From Octopus sinensis (taxonomy: Eukaryota): 64,000 nt of DNA. Under the pieces are notes generated by a model, which searched no databases, had not been told where the DNA came from, and was given only the letters and a program-made list of their open reading frames with translations. Shown here one piece after another: positions 63,984-64,000 of this stretch. Numbering within the stretch: the stretch's first letter is position 1; each line of letters opens with the position of its first letter. The position numbers were made by a program, and so were the translations under genes. Location of the stretch: NCBI RefSeq assembly GCF_006345805.1, contig NC_043008.1, positions 76,570,001 through 76,634,000 on the forward strand, in the 5' to 3' direction.

Positions 63984-64000
63984 ACACACACACACACACT

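Overview
Very AT-rich, microsatellite-dense animal DNA made almost entirely of transposable-element debris. It is probably from an octopus, judged from SINE families I recognise from memory and have not verified. No host gene is recognisable. The window holds Penelope-like (PLE) RT remnants, a Mag-type Gypsy fragment, three Tc1/mariner elements (one nearly full length), Helitrons, Chapaev3, hAT and hATm pieces, RTE, R4/Dong and CR1 LINE fragments, and tRNA-derived SINEs. Two things stand out. (1) Several unrelated non-coding elements abut (AT)n tracts, show partial-tandem and/or inverted-copy architecture, and most carry type I hammerhead-like folds (retrozyme or non-autonomous PLE-like). (2) At 47060-54996, Tx1/L1-clade LINEs alternate with a ~320-bp hammerhead-bearing monomer and are always joined at the same site just upstream of the ribozyme. 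This suggests a LINE that specifically targets a ribozyme retroelement. That hammerhead has a variant UCGACAA core with a compensatory U3-A8 pair. All alignments and folds were done by eye, and the boundaries of degenerate elements are approximate.
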